DNA of 63,186 nt, counting the filler, from Sphacelaria rigidula (lineage: Eukaryota), in NCBI GenBank assembly GCA_964200075.2. It is 11 parts of 11 records of this genome, joined end to end, with 100 filler letters (N's around TTAATTAATTAA, not from the genome) between each part and the next. Parts side by side here need not be neighbours in the genome. Positions count along the whole stretch, not along the records: positions 34,522 to 40,174 come from CAXNAA020025531.1; positions 40,275 to 45,927 come from CAXNAA020025532.1; positions 46,028 to 51,680 come from CAXNAA020025533.1; 8 more parts are not named here. One strand, written 5' to 3'. Below, piece after piece: positions 37,179 through 49,694 of the stretch. Position numbers and translations under genes: made by a program. A model generated the notes under the pieces. It did no database searches. It saw nothing but the letters and a program-made list of their open reading frames with translations, and was not told the origin of the DNA. Positions within the stretch are counted from its first letter, which is position 1; the number at the start of each line of letters is the position of its first letter.

Positions 37179-39931
37179 CGGTCGAGGCGGGGTGGAAAAT
37201 GCTTAGCGCATAATGATACGTGAAAGGGGGCATACCGTGGAAGACTGCGGTCTAGCAGTCGTCGAGTAGGCTTGATGGTGGACCAGAGAAGACGCTGCTA
37301 CTGAGTAGCACTGCCATGTTGGGTACGTTGCGAAGCAAGTCAACAACAATGCCGGTGGGAAGTGAATTTTTTGCGTGTTGTGCCCTAGTGGGTCTGACGA
37401 GTGTGCGGCAGCCTGCGCCACCTTCTTCTCTTGTCGAAGACGTATGCGAGCAGGAGTACGTTATCCGAGCTATGCCAAGAGGATTAATTACGCCTGAGTC
37501 GGATTGACGAGGACATTCTTCCCGGTCTTCGTCGGTGGTGCCCAAGGCTGCCTCGGGTGTTCGTTTGCTTGCTATTTCATTTTGCTTGAGATGTTTAGCA
37601 TTCGGAAAACAGATATCGTTGAGCACTGAATCGTGTATGTGCTTAACTTTTTCTGAGAACAGGTGCAGTAGAATGCGGTGTAGACGACATCGAATCCCCC
37701 CGAGGTGGTACTCAGAGATGTGCTCGATGTACACTGTGTTCCCCTGTACAGTACTGTCGGTACCAATTTAGTGGCATGCTGTTCACCGGAGATTATTGCC
37801 CGGATACACATGAAATAGAAATAGGTGGGACATTTCCCTGTATTACTTGTACAGGATGTACGATACATGCAGGTTAACCTGTCATTCCGTTTCAGTGATT
37901 TCTTGTGATCTCAGATGGCAACTGCATGGTGTTGTTCTCAATTCTGAAAATCATGGCGCCAAAAATAATGGAAAATGTATAACCCGGCGGTGCTGTTCAG
38001 AGGGAGGGTGGTACACTACGTGTGGATCCTTTACACGTGTTCGGTTCGAGGACATGCAGGACGCGATATATGTAGCACATAGAGGCGCAGTCCGAGCTGC
38101 GGTCATATTGGATTTTTCGGCGACTACATATCTAAAGTGATGGTAGATACGCCGACTCTCCGATGTAACATGGCTCCTCCGTATGTTCGTTGCTGGATTT
38201 CACGCATCTTGTTGTTGTGGACAATCGTAACGGTAGTCGGGGAACCGTAATGTGTGCGTTGAAAACACTACGCACGGTGGGGATGATGTTTGATTTTTAC
38301 GTAAACGTAGCACATTGGTGCTTCGCGGCAATGTTTTTACGGTGCTCCCCATGTCTGTTCTCCTTTAGTGTACAGGGAGTAATACTACCCGCTGTTCTAC
38401 TTTAGTGACATGAAGTAATATTATCAGTGTGAAAAGATTTATTCAATTTTGCCTTGGTTGTAGCGGAAACACATGCAGCCGGGATGTATTTCCGCCAAGA
38501 GGGAGATTATGGAGGCTCAGCTATCGCGCTTAGTAAACTATCAATTGTAACGGATCGAGATCACTGCTGAGGTGAAAAAAGCATGATCGTATGCACAATA
38601 CTGGTAGTGAGCAAAATATGTCTGTTCAGTCAGCTGTGCTGTGACAGGTTCTACATTTCCGTAACAGCCCGGAGTCAAGTACGCTTGGAGCGTTCTGTGG
38701 GCAGGTAGACATAAGTTGTCTGCGTAGTGCATGTTTTGTGGGTTGTTTATGGAGGTCGTCTGGTGGTCGGTGTCTCCTTTGCGCTGACGGGTACAATCTG
38801 TTGGGCTGCTCGTGTGTTGTACCTATCGGACGCATCGACGTTGAGTCCAAATACAGATAGTTACTGGAATTGCGAATTTCGTGCGTTTTGCATGTCGATC
38901 GTGTGGTGCGTTCACTTTATCTCTGGTAGTTTCCGTGGCGCCGTGCGCTACTTCGTGGTGCTTGGCTAGGTCGCACATGTGGAGCTGTTATACCCCACTG
39001 GTGGGCTCAGTAGTGATGTGAACAATAATACAGGTTCTTGGTTTTTACTTGATTTCTACGCTATGACACTTTTTTGGTCGGTGTATTCTAGCGCGAACCC
39101 TCTCGATCAGAAGTATCAGTGGATTTGGTTCCTGAAATAGATGGAGAGGGGGGTGCACTGCGGTACGTGTGCCCTACGTGCCATTGGCAATGCAATATGT
39201 ATGCGTAGTGACGCATACAAGCGTGCATCGCAGTATGACACAAACGGCAGAATTCGGCACGAACACAGGATTTCAATTGTTCCTCTTCGTCATGTTGTCG
39301 CATAATAATGAACGTGTGGGGGCTTGATCCGTGTATCCACCGACAAGGAAGTATCCACATCTTGCGAGATGAATGAACGCGCGCATGCATGCAGACACCG
39401 TTCGAATACGCCTCGCGCTTTCCCACAGGAGAATAAATTCACGGCAGAGTTGGGACAAAAATTGAAATTTCACCACTAAACACTGTCGAGAATTCCCTCA
39501 CCCACAGATATCAAAGGGAGTAGTAGGTAGTAGTGCGGGGCAGGTATGCACTGATTTCACGCGACTCAAGTTCGGGAGATCTGTGTGGGTCACAATCCCT
39601 ATTGGCGGCATATATCTTGTTTCGATGCATCTCCACAAACTAGTGTGGCTGTTGATGGCATCCCTCTCGTCCCGATATATCACTGCAGAAGAAAGTGCCT
39701 ACGCCGATGCAAGTGCGAGAAGGGCCCATGAATTGCGGGTACACTCTGATTTCGCCAGGACTGGATGCACAGGCAATACATTGCTTTTCCATATGCGGGG
39801 CTTCACCGGGCGTGTGACATGTCTCGTGGGTAGGAGTTGCGTGGGCCTTGCTGGAGGACAAAACCACGATGTTCTGTGGAGTGAACGCAAATGGGAAAGA
39901 GGGCCACGCCTTTATACAGTAAGAGGTATGG

Positions 39932-40168
39932 GACACTTTCTACGATAGCCCCCCCCCAAAACCAACTAAAAAGTGTCACGAAAAAAATGGCCATACAGCG
40001 CCTGTTGTTTGGGTTCAGGCTGCATGAAGCGCCTCATATTGGCGACATTGGCTAGAACGAACCAAGCGTGGGAATTCCCAGCTCGGCTTTTCCCATTTCG
40101 ATTTACGTGAAGATTTTGCCCCCCAAAACCATGCACTTTTGGGGGGGGGGGTTACCGTAGAAAGTGTC
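39932..40168. mobile_element. 235-bp MITE, copy 2
   Basis: Same TIR and internal sequence as 7829-8063. Confidence 0.88.
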
Positions 40169-40700
40169 ATCCTCNNNNNNNNNNNNNNNNNNNNNNNNNN
40201 NNNNNNNNNNNNNNNNNNTTAATTAATTAANNNNNNNNNNNNNNNNNNNNNNNNNNNNNNNNNNNNNNNNNNNNGGTGGTCGCGGTGCGCGGGTTGGGGT
40301 TCTGGGGGGGGGGGGGGGAATAATATGTTCCTCGCCCCTGCAGTGATTAGTAGAGCTATGAAGCGTGTTGGTCCGGATTTCCTATTTTTTTTCCATGCCA
40401 CACTTCCAACAATCCCTCCATATCCTTGGTATAAGTCCGTGGTCTCAGGGGACCGACACGTGTATTCCCCTGTACTGTACACCCACGCCCGGCATTTTGA
40501 CATCGCGGATTAGATCAGCACTTCGACACGCGCGTCGACTCTCGTCCAACAAAACCTATTTTTTGCTACTGGCGTCTTCTTCGCAAATTAGATACTTCTC
40601 AACCACGCAAATTAGATACCTATAAGAACAAAACCCAACTGGCATCTCCCAGGAATCGACTCCACATTCTCCCGACGTAACTGATGCACACCTTCGACAA

Positions 40701-40877
40701 CACACCTTGGATAATGACATCATATGGTCAAAAGTTGCAATAGACAAGAAACATACTGCGTGAAGAAATAGCCTGTTTGCAGCTATTGCTGGGCGACGAT
40801 GCTCACAATAGGCCGATACTTTACACAGTACAGTTCTTGTCTATTGCAACCATCGACCACATATTGTCTAAGGTGTG
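40701..40877. mobile_element. Foldback MITE, copy 2 (diverged)
   Basis: CACACCTTGGA..TATGGTCAAAAGTTGCAATAGAC / GTCTATTGCAACC..TCTAAGGTGTG. Confidence 0.8.
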
Positions 40878-40999
40878 TACCGATGTCACCTGTATCTGTA
40901 TCGATCACACCACCCGGGCTTGGTGTCCATACTACAACACTGAAAATGAACAAACTGCTGAACTCAAGTCCTTGTAGTTTCCGGGTTCCGGAAAACGAA

Positions 41000-43900
41000 T
41001 CCTACCTGGCCAAAAAACGCCTCATACGCGGCCACAAACAAATCTTGGCGTACCTCTGGTCGAACACGGAAGATCTTGGCGTGCAGGCAGACATGGCAGA
41101 ACTTTCATCGCCCGACATGACACTGATATCGGCGTCGAAGGTGCTCTCTTCTGCGGTCGTCACAGCCGTCGGGTGATAGAGGGTGCGGGGAAAATTTAAC
41201 TCAGAATAACGAAAGCAGAAGACGATAGCCCCCGCGCTACCCCGGTGGCCTCATCGTTTGATTGCCGCTTGATTGGCCGTCGCACCTTCATTGATCCCCC
41301 AGAAGCCATGATCCAACCGCGCCCACTATCCATATGACACACGTACCCGAAAGAGAAAAAAACATGGAAACACTCGCCGAAGAAACGTCTAGAGAACACA
41401 GATAGAAGGTACAACAGACAGACAGAGTAGACTTAGAAAAGAAATGACGAAAGAAAAGAAAAGAAAAGAAAAGGTCAAAGTAAGAATAAAAGGGCCATTA
41501 GGTTGGCAGAATGCGTGTTCGACTCCGATACATGAGTATGTTGGCTGTTTTGTTCTAAAATTGTATCTGATATATTTTGTGTCGGTCACGACGTGAGCGG
41601 CATGTGATTAGCAAAGAAGGAGGACATGGAGTGTATTCGATGAGACTTCGCGCCGTGTAGGAGTGGCGATCTAGTCCGCAATATAGAATGACGGATATGT
41701 ACTCCTATGACACTGGAGTACGAGACTGGAAAGAAGATGGATTGATTCCGTCGGACAGCTCATGAGCTACCAAAAAATCAAAATCGGAGAGGAATCTCAG
41801 ATGCCTTATTCATGAACGCGAGAATGCGTGGCAGCAGATTTTTCCCCCCGAAGCGTACGGATTATCTTGTGTATGGATGACAGTCTCCAATGAGTTGCTT
41901 CATTTCCTGGTATAGCCACTTGCAGAGACAGCCATGGGTTACACACTGCCTCATGGGTGTCCCACCATTTAAACATGAACACTACGTAGTGCGAACATTA
42001 GCGTTGCGCGGAATTGAGACCCCGCACAATGTGATCTGGCTCCATCATGGCTAACATACAAAAGAATCGCAAGCGCAAAATATCAAGAACGGTAACCTTG
42101 TTGCCTAGCGTACGCAGTGAGTGGCGTGTTTTACAGCGTCGTTGCCGACCGACTCCAACCCCGTGGGGGTGTACTCATGAGGGGGAGGGGGGGAGGGCGG
42201 GGGGAGGGCGGGGAATGAGGTGAACCCACAACTCTCGCACTCCACAGCCAAGGGTTACCCTTTGGGCCAGGGACCTTGAACACAAGTAGCAAGTCAGCAA
42301 GTACCCTTCCGGAGGAAGCAACTGCCCTCATGGAGTAAGCAAGCACACTTTTAGAGAAAAGTATGCACCTTTTCGGAGTCATTCAGTACCCTCCCGAAGT
42401 CGTAAGGACGTGAAGTCAAGAGAGAAGAACGTCCTCATGACAAAAGCTACTCAATCACCATGGACCCCAAAAATCGCACACGAACCTGGGTCCTCCTCGC
42501 TGTCGAAACCTTCTTGCCGCTGCGCCGTTCCGGCCAACTCCTGTGTGCTCGATTCCCCATTCCTTCTCCCGGCTGCAGTTCCTTTCCTTTCACGGCTAGC
42601 ATTTCGCTTCGTACCCCGGCTAGTACTTCGGCTGCTGCTGCCGACTCCGTAACCAGACATGGCCGAACTGCCGTGAAACTTGCTACCCCCGTCGCTGTCG
42701 TAGGCGCCGCCATCGCCGGTCGAGCCATCGTTGGTAGAAGTAGTGCCGCGGGTTTGGCGGCTATCACCATCACCGCCATCAGTAGCAGCATGGTTGTTAT
42801 ACCCATCAGGCATCCTCTTGCCTCCCCCTTTTTCGATGGACGCTGCGTTGCCGTTGAGCTTGTCGAACAGCTTTTGCCTTCTGCAGTTTCGTCGGGGGGA
42901 GCCACGACCACCCGGCACTCCGGAAGACGGCGCCATTAAAGACGGCGCTCTGGAAGCGCAGTCACTATCTTCCTCACCGATTTCGCTCCCGTCTATTATG
43001 GGCGAGTTCCATCGAGGTGAACACGGAGGTCAAGGGGCGAGCGGGCGGGCNNNNNNNNNNGGGGGGGGCGCGGGGGTGGGGGGGGGTGGGTGGCGCCGCG
43101 GTGGCGGTGGCTGGGCGTATTGTACATGCAGGGTAGTACAGCAGCCACAGCATGAAACAATCTAGAAACATCATTGCGGCATTCTCACGTGTCAAAAACA
43201 ATTCCAGATCTCCCGGTGACTGCCAACGCACACCTTGCCTAAAGCAACCCGTGCACTCCCCCTTGCCCGAGAGTCCTCGAATGCTTCGGTCAGGGTCAGG
43301 GTTAGGGTTAAGGTAAAGGTCAAGCAAGGTTGGGGTCAAGGCCAAGGCCAGAGTCAGTTAAAGCCCATCATTTTTTCCAGAACGCTATCAACCATTATAC
43401 GACCGACACGAAAGCACGACTCAACATTTCATTCGATTGGGGAAGGGGAAAACATGAACAAAGAGCGAAAAGCACGGAAAACACGGAAAACACGGAAAAC
43501 ACGGAAAACACGGAAAACACGGAAAACACGGAAAACACGGGATGACATTAACTAACCCGTGTCGGACAAGCCTGATCTCGCCATTTGCCGGGCTCCACCT
43601 ACAGCGCAGCTTCCAGAGTCGCTGTCATACGCACCACGACCACCTCCACCTCCACCACCACCACCATAGGTCTCAGGAGTCGATGCCCGACCCGAGGGTG
43701 GCCTCGGGGGTCGCGTTTTCTTGCCACTGTTCCGTTGGGGTCCTCCCGCGTTCACCAAGAAGCCTGTGTGGATCGGGCGAAAAAGGTTACCATGCAGCCA
43801 CACAGTTGCGCGGCAAAGGGAGGGCTGAATGAGAGGGAGGGGGGGAAAAGGCAAAGCCAGCCATGTGCGCGGACGACAGGAGGCCTACAAAAAAAAGTGA

Positions 43901-44430
43901 AATTTCCGTGTGAAATTCCAGTGCGTGAACGCCCACTGCCCCTGGTCCTCAATGCACTACTGCAAGGAGGGAGGAAGGTAGGAGTGAATAACGGGTTCCA
44001 CACGAAACGGAACAGAACAGACCAGAACCAAATGATAGAAGGATTATTCTAATTTTACCAGGTGCGATGTGTATGCATGCGTGAAGAAAATCAAGAAAAA
44101 AGAGAAAAAAGAGAAAAAAACAAGAGGACCAGCAGCAGACGAAGTAACGCGTACCGTGCTGTAGGCGTCATATCCGTACTGAATCCCTCCCGCACATGCT
44201 ATCTGCCCGTGTTTTTCTTGCTGAATACGCATACCTGATGCACCACCATTGTCGGCGCCCTGGTCAGTCCGAAGCTTAGTCGGGGTGGGCAGCAGATCAG
44301 CCGCCATGGCATAATCCGTGCTTTCGGAGGGGGGTATGGAATATTCAAGGCTCGACTGCCGGGGCCGTAGCTTCAGCCGAGCCTCCAGGGCTTCCTTGCG
44401 CTCTGCTGCTTGCACGGATTCCCTGGTCAT
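41000..44430 (-). CDS. Probable multi-exon uncharacterised low-complexity protein
   Basis: GC-rich open segments about 44425-44233, 43790-43557, 43040-42451 and 41176-41006, with plausible GT/AG borders. No recognisable domain. Confidence 0.3.
43473..43539. repeat. (ACGGAAAAC)n 9-bp minisatellite
   Basis: About 7 tandem units. Confidence 0.95.
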
Positions 44431-45166
44431 CATGGGGAAATAGTCAAGCGATAGTGTGATGGGGGGTGGGAGTGGGGGTGGGGTCATGAATAATACGCAG
44501 TAGTGTTTACCATGCGTGGTGAGGGTTCTCTCCAGCCCGGCTCCCAAACTCCACCTTCGAATATGCACTCTGCTTTTGTAAATTCATAACTCTAACCTTA
44601 CTAACCCAAGCACCGCCGAAGGCAAACCGAGGATGTGACGGGCAACCTGGGATGCATGCTGTGTCCACGTCGGCCGGGCTCAACAATCAGCGTCACCCGT
44701 GGCACGGCGCCGATTTTTGAGAGCCAAACAACGTCCGGAGGAGCACGCTGAGCCTGGCCCCTCTTGAACCGTGACACACGTGAAGATCCAGAGAACATGG
44801 CTTCATGATAAAAGCAAAAGTGTCGACCATGTATTTTCGACAGCCGGATTGGGGAAAGGTTTACTGCATGGATGCTCAGGTCCGTCGAGAAAGATAAAGA
44901 GACGCATCAACTTCTCCCATGTTTTGTAGACCCACCACCGCCAGGGCTTCGTTCCATGATCCAGAGGCCTTCAGTAAGCAGTTGTGCGAAGCAAGACATG
45001 AGTTGAAACCGAGGTAGACATCGCCCGGCCCCGGTCTGAAGTTCACAGACGTACGGCGTACTCCCAGGGACCAAGGTCATCTCTTCGACGCTGGGAGTCG
45101 TACAGTAACCCTCTTTTTTTGCTCAGTAGAGTGCATGACAAAGCTGCAGACGAGGACAGTCGCCAC

Positions 45167-45336
45167 AACATCTTGGACAACATATGGTCAATAGTTGCAA
45201 TAAACACGAAGCGTACTGCATAAAGTATAGACTTATTCCGACTATTGTCGGCCGGCAATAGTTGCAATAGGCCTATACTTTATGCAGTACACTTCTCGTC
45301 TATTGCATTTATGGACCATATATTGTTCAGGGTGTG
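45167..45336. mobile_element. Foldback MITE, copy 3
   Basis: Very similar to 1502-1671. Confidence 0.9.
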
Positions 45337-45590
45337 TTCCATTGCCGCCTATTGCGTTCATTGTAATAGACGCAATAGGCGATGCTGCACGTGGTGCACT
45401 CATTGCCAAGTGCAATCTACTGTTCAGGGAGTAAAAAAATGTGTTACACGCATTATTACTATTATCATTCCGGTATGCTAAGGTATCCCACGATTCTAGA
45501 CGTCTGGATGACTACTGGCATCGATCACATACAGAGAGGGGGCGGGAGATTGCAAGCTCGCGAGGCCGACTGTCGGACTCGAAACATTTG

Positions 45591-45772
45591 ACACCCTGAA
45601 CAATATATGGTCCATAGCTGAAATAGACCTATACTTTACGCACTAGATTTTCTCGTGTATTGCACCTATTGATCATATATTGCCGACAAAAGTTGCAACT
45701 CAACGTTGACCATATTTTACGCGGTACATTTGTTGTCTATTGCAACTGTAAACCATATGTTGTCCAGAGTGT
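45591..45772. mobile_element. Foldback MITE, copy 4 (rearranged)
   Basis: ACACCCTGAACAATATATGGTCC ... CCATATGTTGTCCAGAGTGT. Confidence 0.75.
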
Positions 45773-46041
45773 TAACGAAAGCCGATGGGCTGTTGGAGTG
45801 TCTTGACCCTCATGCTCGATTACAATCACGTTCAAGAGGCAAAATTGCACCAATGGGGGGGCGTACTCATTTGTTGCCTGCTTTAGTCATTTGACCATTG
45901 ACCACGCATCCCTTTCGAGACGGAGCANNNNNNNNNNNNNNNNNNNNNNNNNNNNNNNNNNNNNNNNNNNNTTAATTAATTAANNNNNNNNNNNNNNNNN
46001 NNNNNNNNNNNNNNNNNNNNNNNNNNNCGCTGTAGTCGTGT

Positions 46042-46378
46042 GACGGTCTTGTCGAAGCCATCCGCATTCACGATGAGCGACATGCGGCCGTGGGTCATGT
46101 GTAATTCTACGGGTTAGGTACTCCATGAAGGAAGGTATTCATCCCACCTGGTTCCTTTTTATTGCGCATGTATTGTACAGCCTGTGAAGTGCAGTATTCG
46201 GGTATGACCAGCGCCGAGTGCGGGAAGAAACAGCATGTACAGTACTACATGACGGCCTTGTCGAAGCCATCCGCATTAACGATGAGCGACATGCGGCCGT
46301 GGGTCATGTGTAATTCTGCGGGTTAGGTACTCCATGAAGAAAAGTATTGATACCACCTGGCTCCTTTTTATTGCGCAT
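46042..46378 (+). repeat. Tandem duplication (period about 210 bp) encoding a decayed PHD-like finger
   Basis: TTGTCGAAGCCATCCGCATT...TTTTTATTGCGCAT occurs twice. The frame reads CTAC..TSAECGKKQHVQY..PWVMCNS. Confidence 0.7.
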
Positions 46379-47775
46379 CGATGGCATGTTGGGAACCTCC
46401 ACTCGGGTTCGGGCGACCCCCTGCGTGGAGCGAGATTATCCGACTCATAAACAACACAGATTTCGAGTTGTGAACTTGGACAGTACATCAGTACGACGAT
46501 CATATGCAGGATCATGAGATTGGATGGTGCGGCAACCAACACTCCGTTATCGTTGGGCAGTACAGCATGATAACCGCACGATTGAAGACATCTGTAGTAA
46601 AAATAATTGACGTACGATCCCACACGCATCCACTCCCCCGCACATTCGCTGACCGTAGATGTGGAAGATCCCTAAGACTCACAGTTGGGGTGCAACGTCT
46701 GGAGCACTTTTGAGACGCCGGCCGGGGCAGACCGAACGTGAGATACGGCACCGCAATCGGTCTCAAGGTAAGAGCACCACGATACCCCTCGTGCACTATT
46801 ACCGTGCGAAAGAGAAGTGCTGAAGATCCAGCTTATCCGACTGCTTTCCTCTCGTTCCCGCTGATGACTGTGATATTTGAACTAAATTCAGGATGCCTAC
46901 GTTTCCGGATATCATCATTTCACACGAACCCGTGTCTTTTCCAATTTAAAAAATAAAGAAGACTGCACGACTGATACGTTATGTCACTCTATCATTTTCC
47001 CGTCTATTCCGGGCAGGTAATGAAGTGTCTGCACCACTGTCGCCTCCATCCCGACCGACACATGCCACACCCGCGGTTGAAAGCAGATCTCCCCTGACGC
47101 ACTCCGAATGTGCAGCACCGGTGGAAAATGTGAGGGACATCGCCGAGGTTCACACCGGCGAACGAATCAAACCGCAAAAGTGGCTGAGCCCCCGTTCCTG
47201 TGGAAAAGATACGGCGACTGTGCTGTTCAGTGCGCCGGAGGCGTCCTTCGCGTCCAGTGATGGCGCATATGTAGAAAGGCAGGGCTTGGAGGGGTGCAAT
47301 GATCATTCGAGTGCAGAAGGTAGTAACTTTAAATTTCGATCGGCCGGGGAAGGCGCGACTTGTGAAATTTCCATCACCTCGGCGTCATAAAACAATGTGC
47401 GGGAGGTGTTACCACGGAATCCGCCGACAGTACCTCTCAAGGAAGTGGGTAACACCCCCCGCAAAATCGGGAGAGCTGCTGGTGGTAAATTCCCGGGAGT
47501 ACAAATTCACCTCCATCGGCCAAGACCAAGAAAAGACGTACACCGCCCAAGTCCGGCAGAGGCACACCACCACATGCTGGCACACGTGCATCGAAGCGGA
47601 AGAGAACCGCGACGAATAAGCCGGAGATTAACAGCATATGGGTAACGTGGCATGAACAGCAGCAGGCGGTGTTGCAGCACAGAAACGGCGTGAGGGAAGA
47701 TCAGCTGCTGTCAATACAACCTCCCGAGGGAGTGCCGATGTCCGTATTCCCATACAACTCAAGACGGGATCCTAC

Positions 47776-49694
47776 TTGGGGCTCACCGGGGGGGGGTTCC
47801 ACGCCGTCGGGACACCGTATGTCTCCCACCTCACCGCCGAGATGGAGACTGGTCAGCCTATTGAACACGCACTCCAGCGGGTGACAGCTGCCGGTTCGGA
47901 GGAGGATAAACGGGCCGTGGTCATAGCGGCTGGGTCTATGGTCAGGGTGGACATCGAAAGTGCACACGAACTAAGGAATGTATCGAGGGATAGGGGCCAG
48001 AAATACGCCGCTGGCACTGTTGGCATTGCTGAGCAGTCTGTGCCATTTGCAAATGTCGAGTGGTGGTCCGGACTTGCTTTTTTTGTCAGTGGATGAAGCA
48101 AGGAGCGGTGGGCAAGGGGATTCTGTTCATGCGCCTCGCACCGCTGGGGTGGATGATGTCGACATGTCGGCGGCGCGGGATGGCGGGGCGGATTTGAGGG
48201 GCACCGCGAGCAAGTGTGGTGGTGGAACGGCGCAACAGGAACACGGGGGTGCAGCTCAAGGGGGATCGGTGATGTTCCTCGCCAGCGCAAGAACACATGG
48301 ATCGACCCCGCGGGAAAATGCGCTGCGCAAGAAGATGAGGAAGAGGAAGAGGCGGATTGGGAGACTGTACATGCTCGTGCAAAACCTCGTCAAAACTGTT
48401 TTAGGCCGAGACTTTCGAGCAATGCACGACTTCCATCTAGCGCAGGTGTTAAAAACGCACGGCACACCCGTGGCTGTCATCGACTACGTCGCCGCCCACG
48501 GATTCTGCATGACAGAGTCGATGCGGTACACGCGGGAACAGTTCTACGTGAAGTGGAGGATGGACAGACATGTCATGGCCCTCGCATTACGGGTTGCTGC
48601 GATTCCTTGGGACAACTGCGATTTTCGGCCGTGTAGGGTCGGGGCACATGTAAGTACTATAGCGGGGGTGTAGAATCTGCCTGGGCATCTATCGCTCACG
48701 CACGAGCACCGCCGGCAAGGTGATCTAGTGGCCGCGGATATCACGACGGGACCCTCCTGTCACAGAGACGGTCAGCGATGGGAGCGTTTCCTCTCCGCAT
48801 TCGACCATGCAGCATTCCGTTGCGCGGTGGCAAGGATCGCAGGTGAAGGTGGCCACATCGAAATGTACTTGGAGATCGAACTCAGACAGAGTTAGGGTAA
48901 TCCAACTGTATTTTCTCGTACCGAGTAGGTTGGTAAGGTGCGGATTCGAAATCCCTAGAAATGCCGTTTCTGCGTTTTCTACCCGGTACTGAGACTTCAT
49001 CGTGAACAATTCACGAGCAAGAGATTAGGAGAAGAAGAGTCTGTAGAAACATTCAGGGAATGCACGAGTGCTTCTCCTATTTCCGATGCAAAATTTAAAG
49101 TCGCGCGTAGCGGGAGGTATTCCATGGTGCGAGGTGCGCACCTCGGAGAATGGCATGGATTAAAGGTGTGAGGGTGGACGAATGCCTAACGGAGTGTATA
49201 CCCTGCACCGTCCGCGCTCGTGTTATCTCATTCTCGACATTCCCCACTAGGCGATACCGATGATGCAGAGAGGGAGCCGCAGGTGTTCAAGTACCTCTTC
49301 ATGCAACTGGGCACCACGAAGAGTTGGTCCTACTCGAAGGCCGCCATCGACCGTCTTGCTGATAAGCCACGTGGGCGAGAGGGGCGCGGCGGCGGCGGCA
49401 AGTATGGTTGCCGGCGATGAGGAGACATTTCGCTCCATGTATCACCTGATTCGGAGTAACCCCGGCCACTATCACTGGCGCAGAATATACGTGGGTGACT
49501 GGCACCTTCTGTACCACATGGCGAAGGCCATTATGAACCGGTTTGGGGGGGCAGGGATAGAGTTCATCGCAGAGGCACTTGGCATGGACGGAAGCACAGC
49601 ATCGGAGGCTAGCAACTATCGGGTGGCACACCATACCATCAGCGTGTTCTTCGAAGCAATGTGGGGTAAAACCGTGGCCATGTACGACCCCTAA
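47776..49694 (+). mobile_element. Degenerate Academ/DUF6589-like transposase, frameshifted and intron-split
   Basis: LAQVLKTHG..VIDYVAAHGFC..WDNCDF, then |gtaag intron, then AGDEETF..YVGDWHLLYHMAKAIMNRFGGAG..NYRVAHH. This gives the DN / GD..T / G.WH motif order. Confidence 0.6.

Noticed and set aside
37200..39900. Numerous short ORFs downstream of the DUF2061-like gene
   Set aside because: No motifs or coherent exon chain. Probably UTR or intergenic DNA.
43235..43555. RKT/ENT repeat proteins
   Set aside because: They are translations of a 9-bp minisatellite in probable intron sequence.
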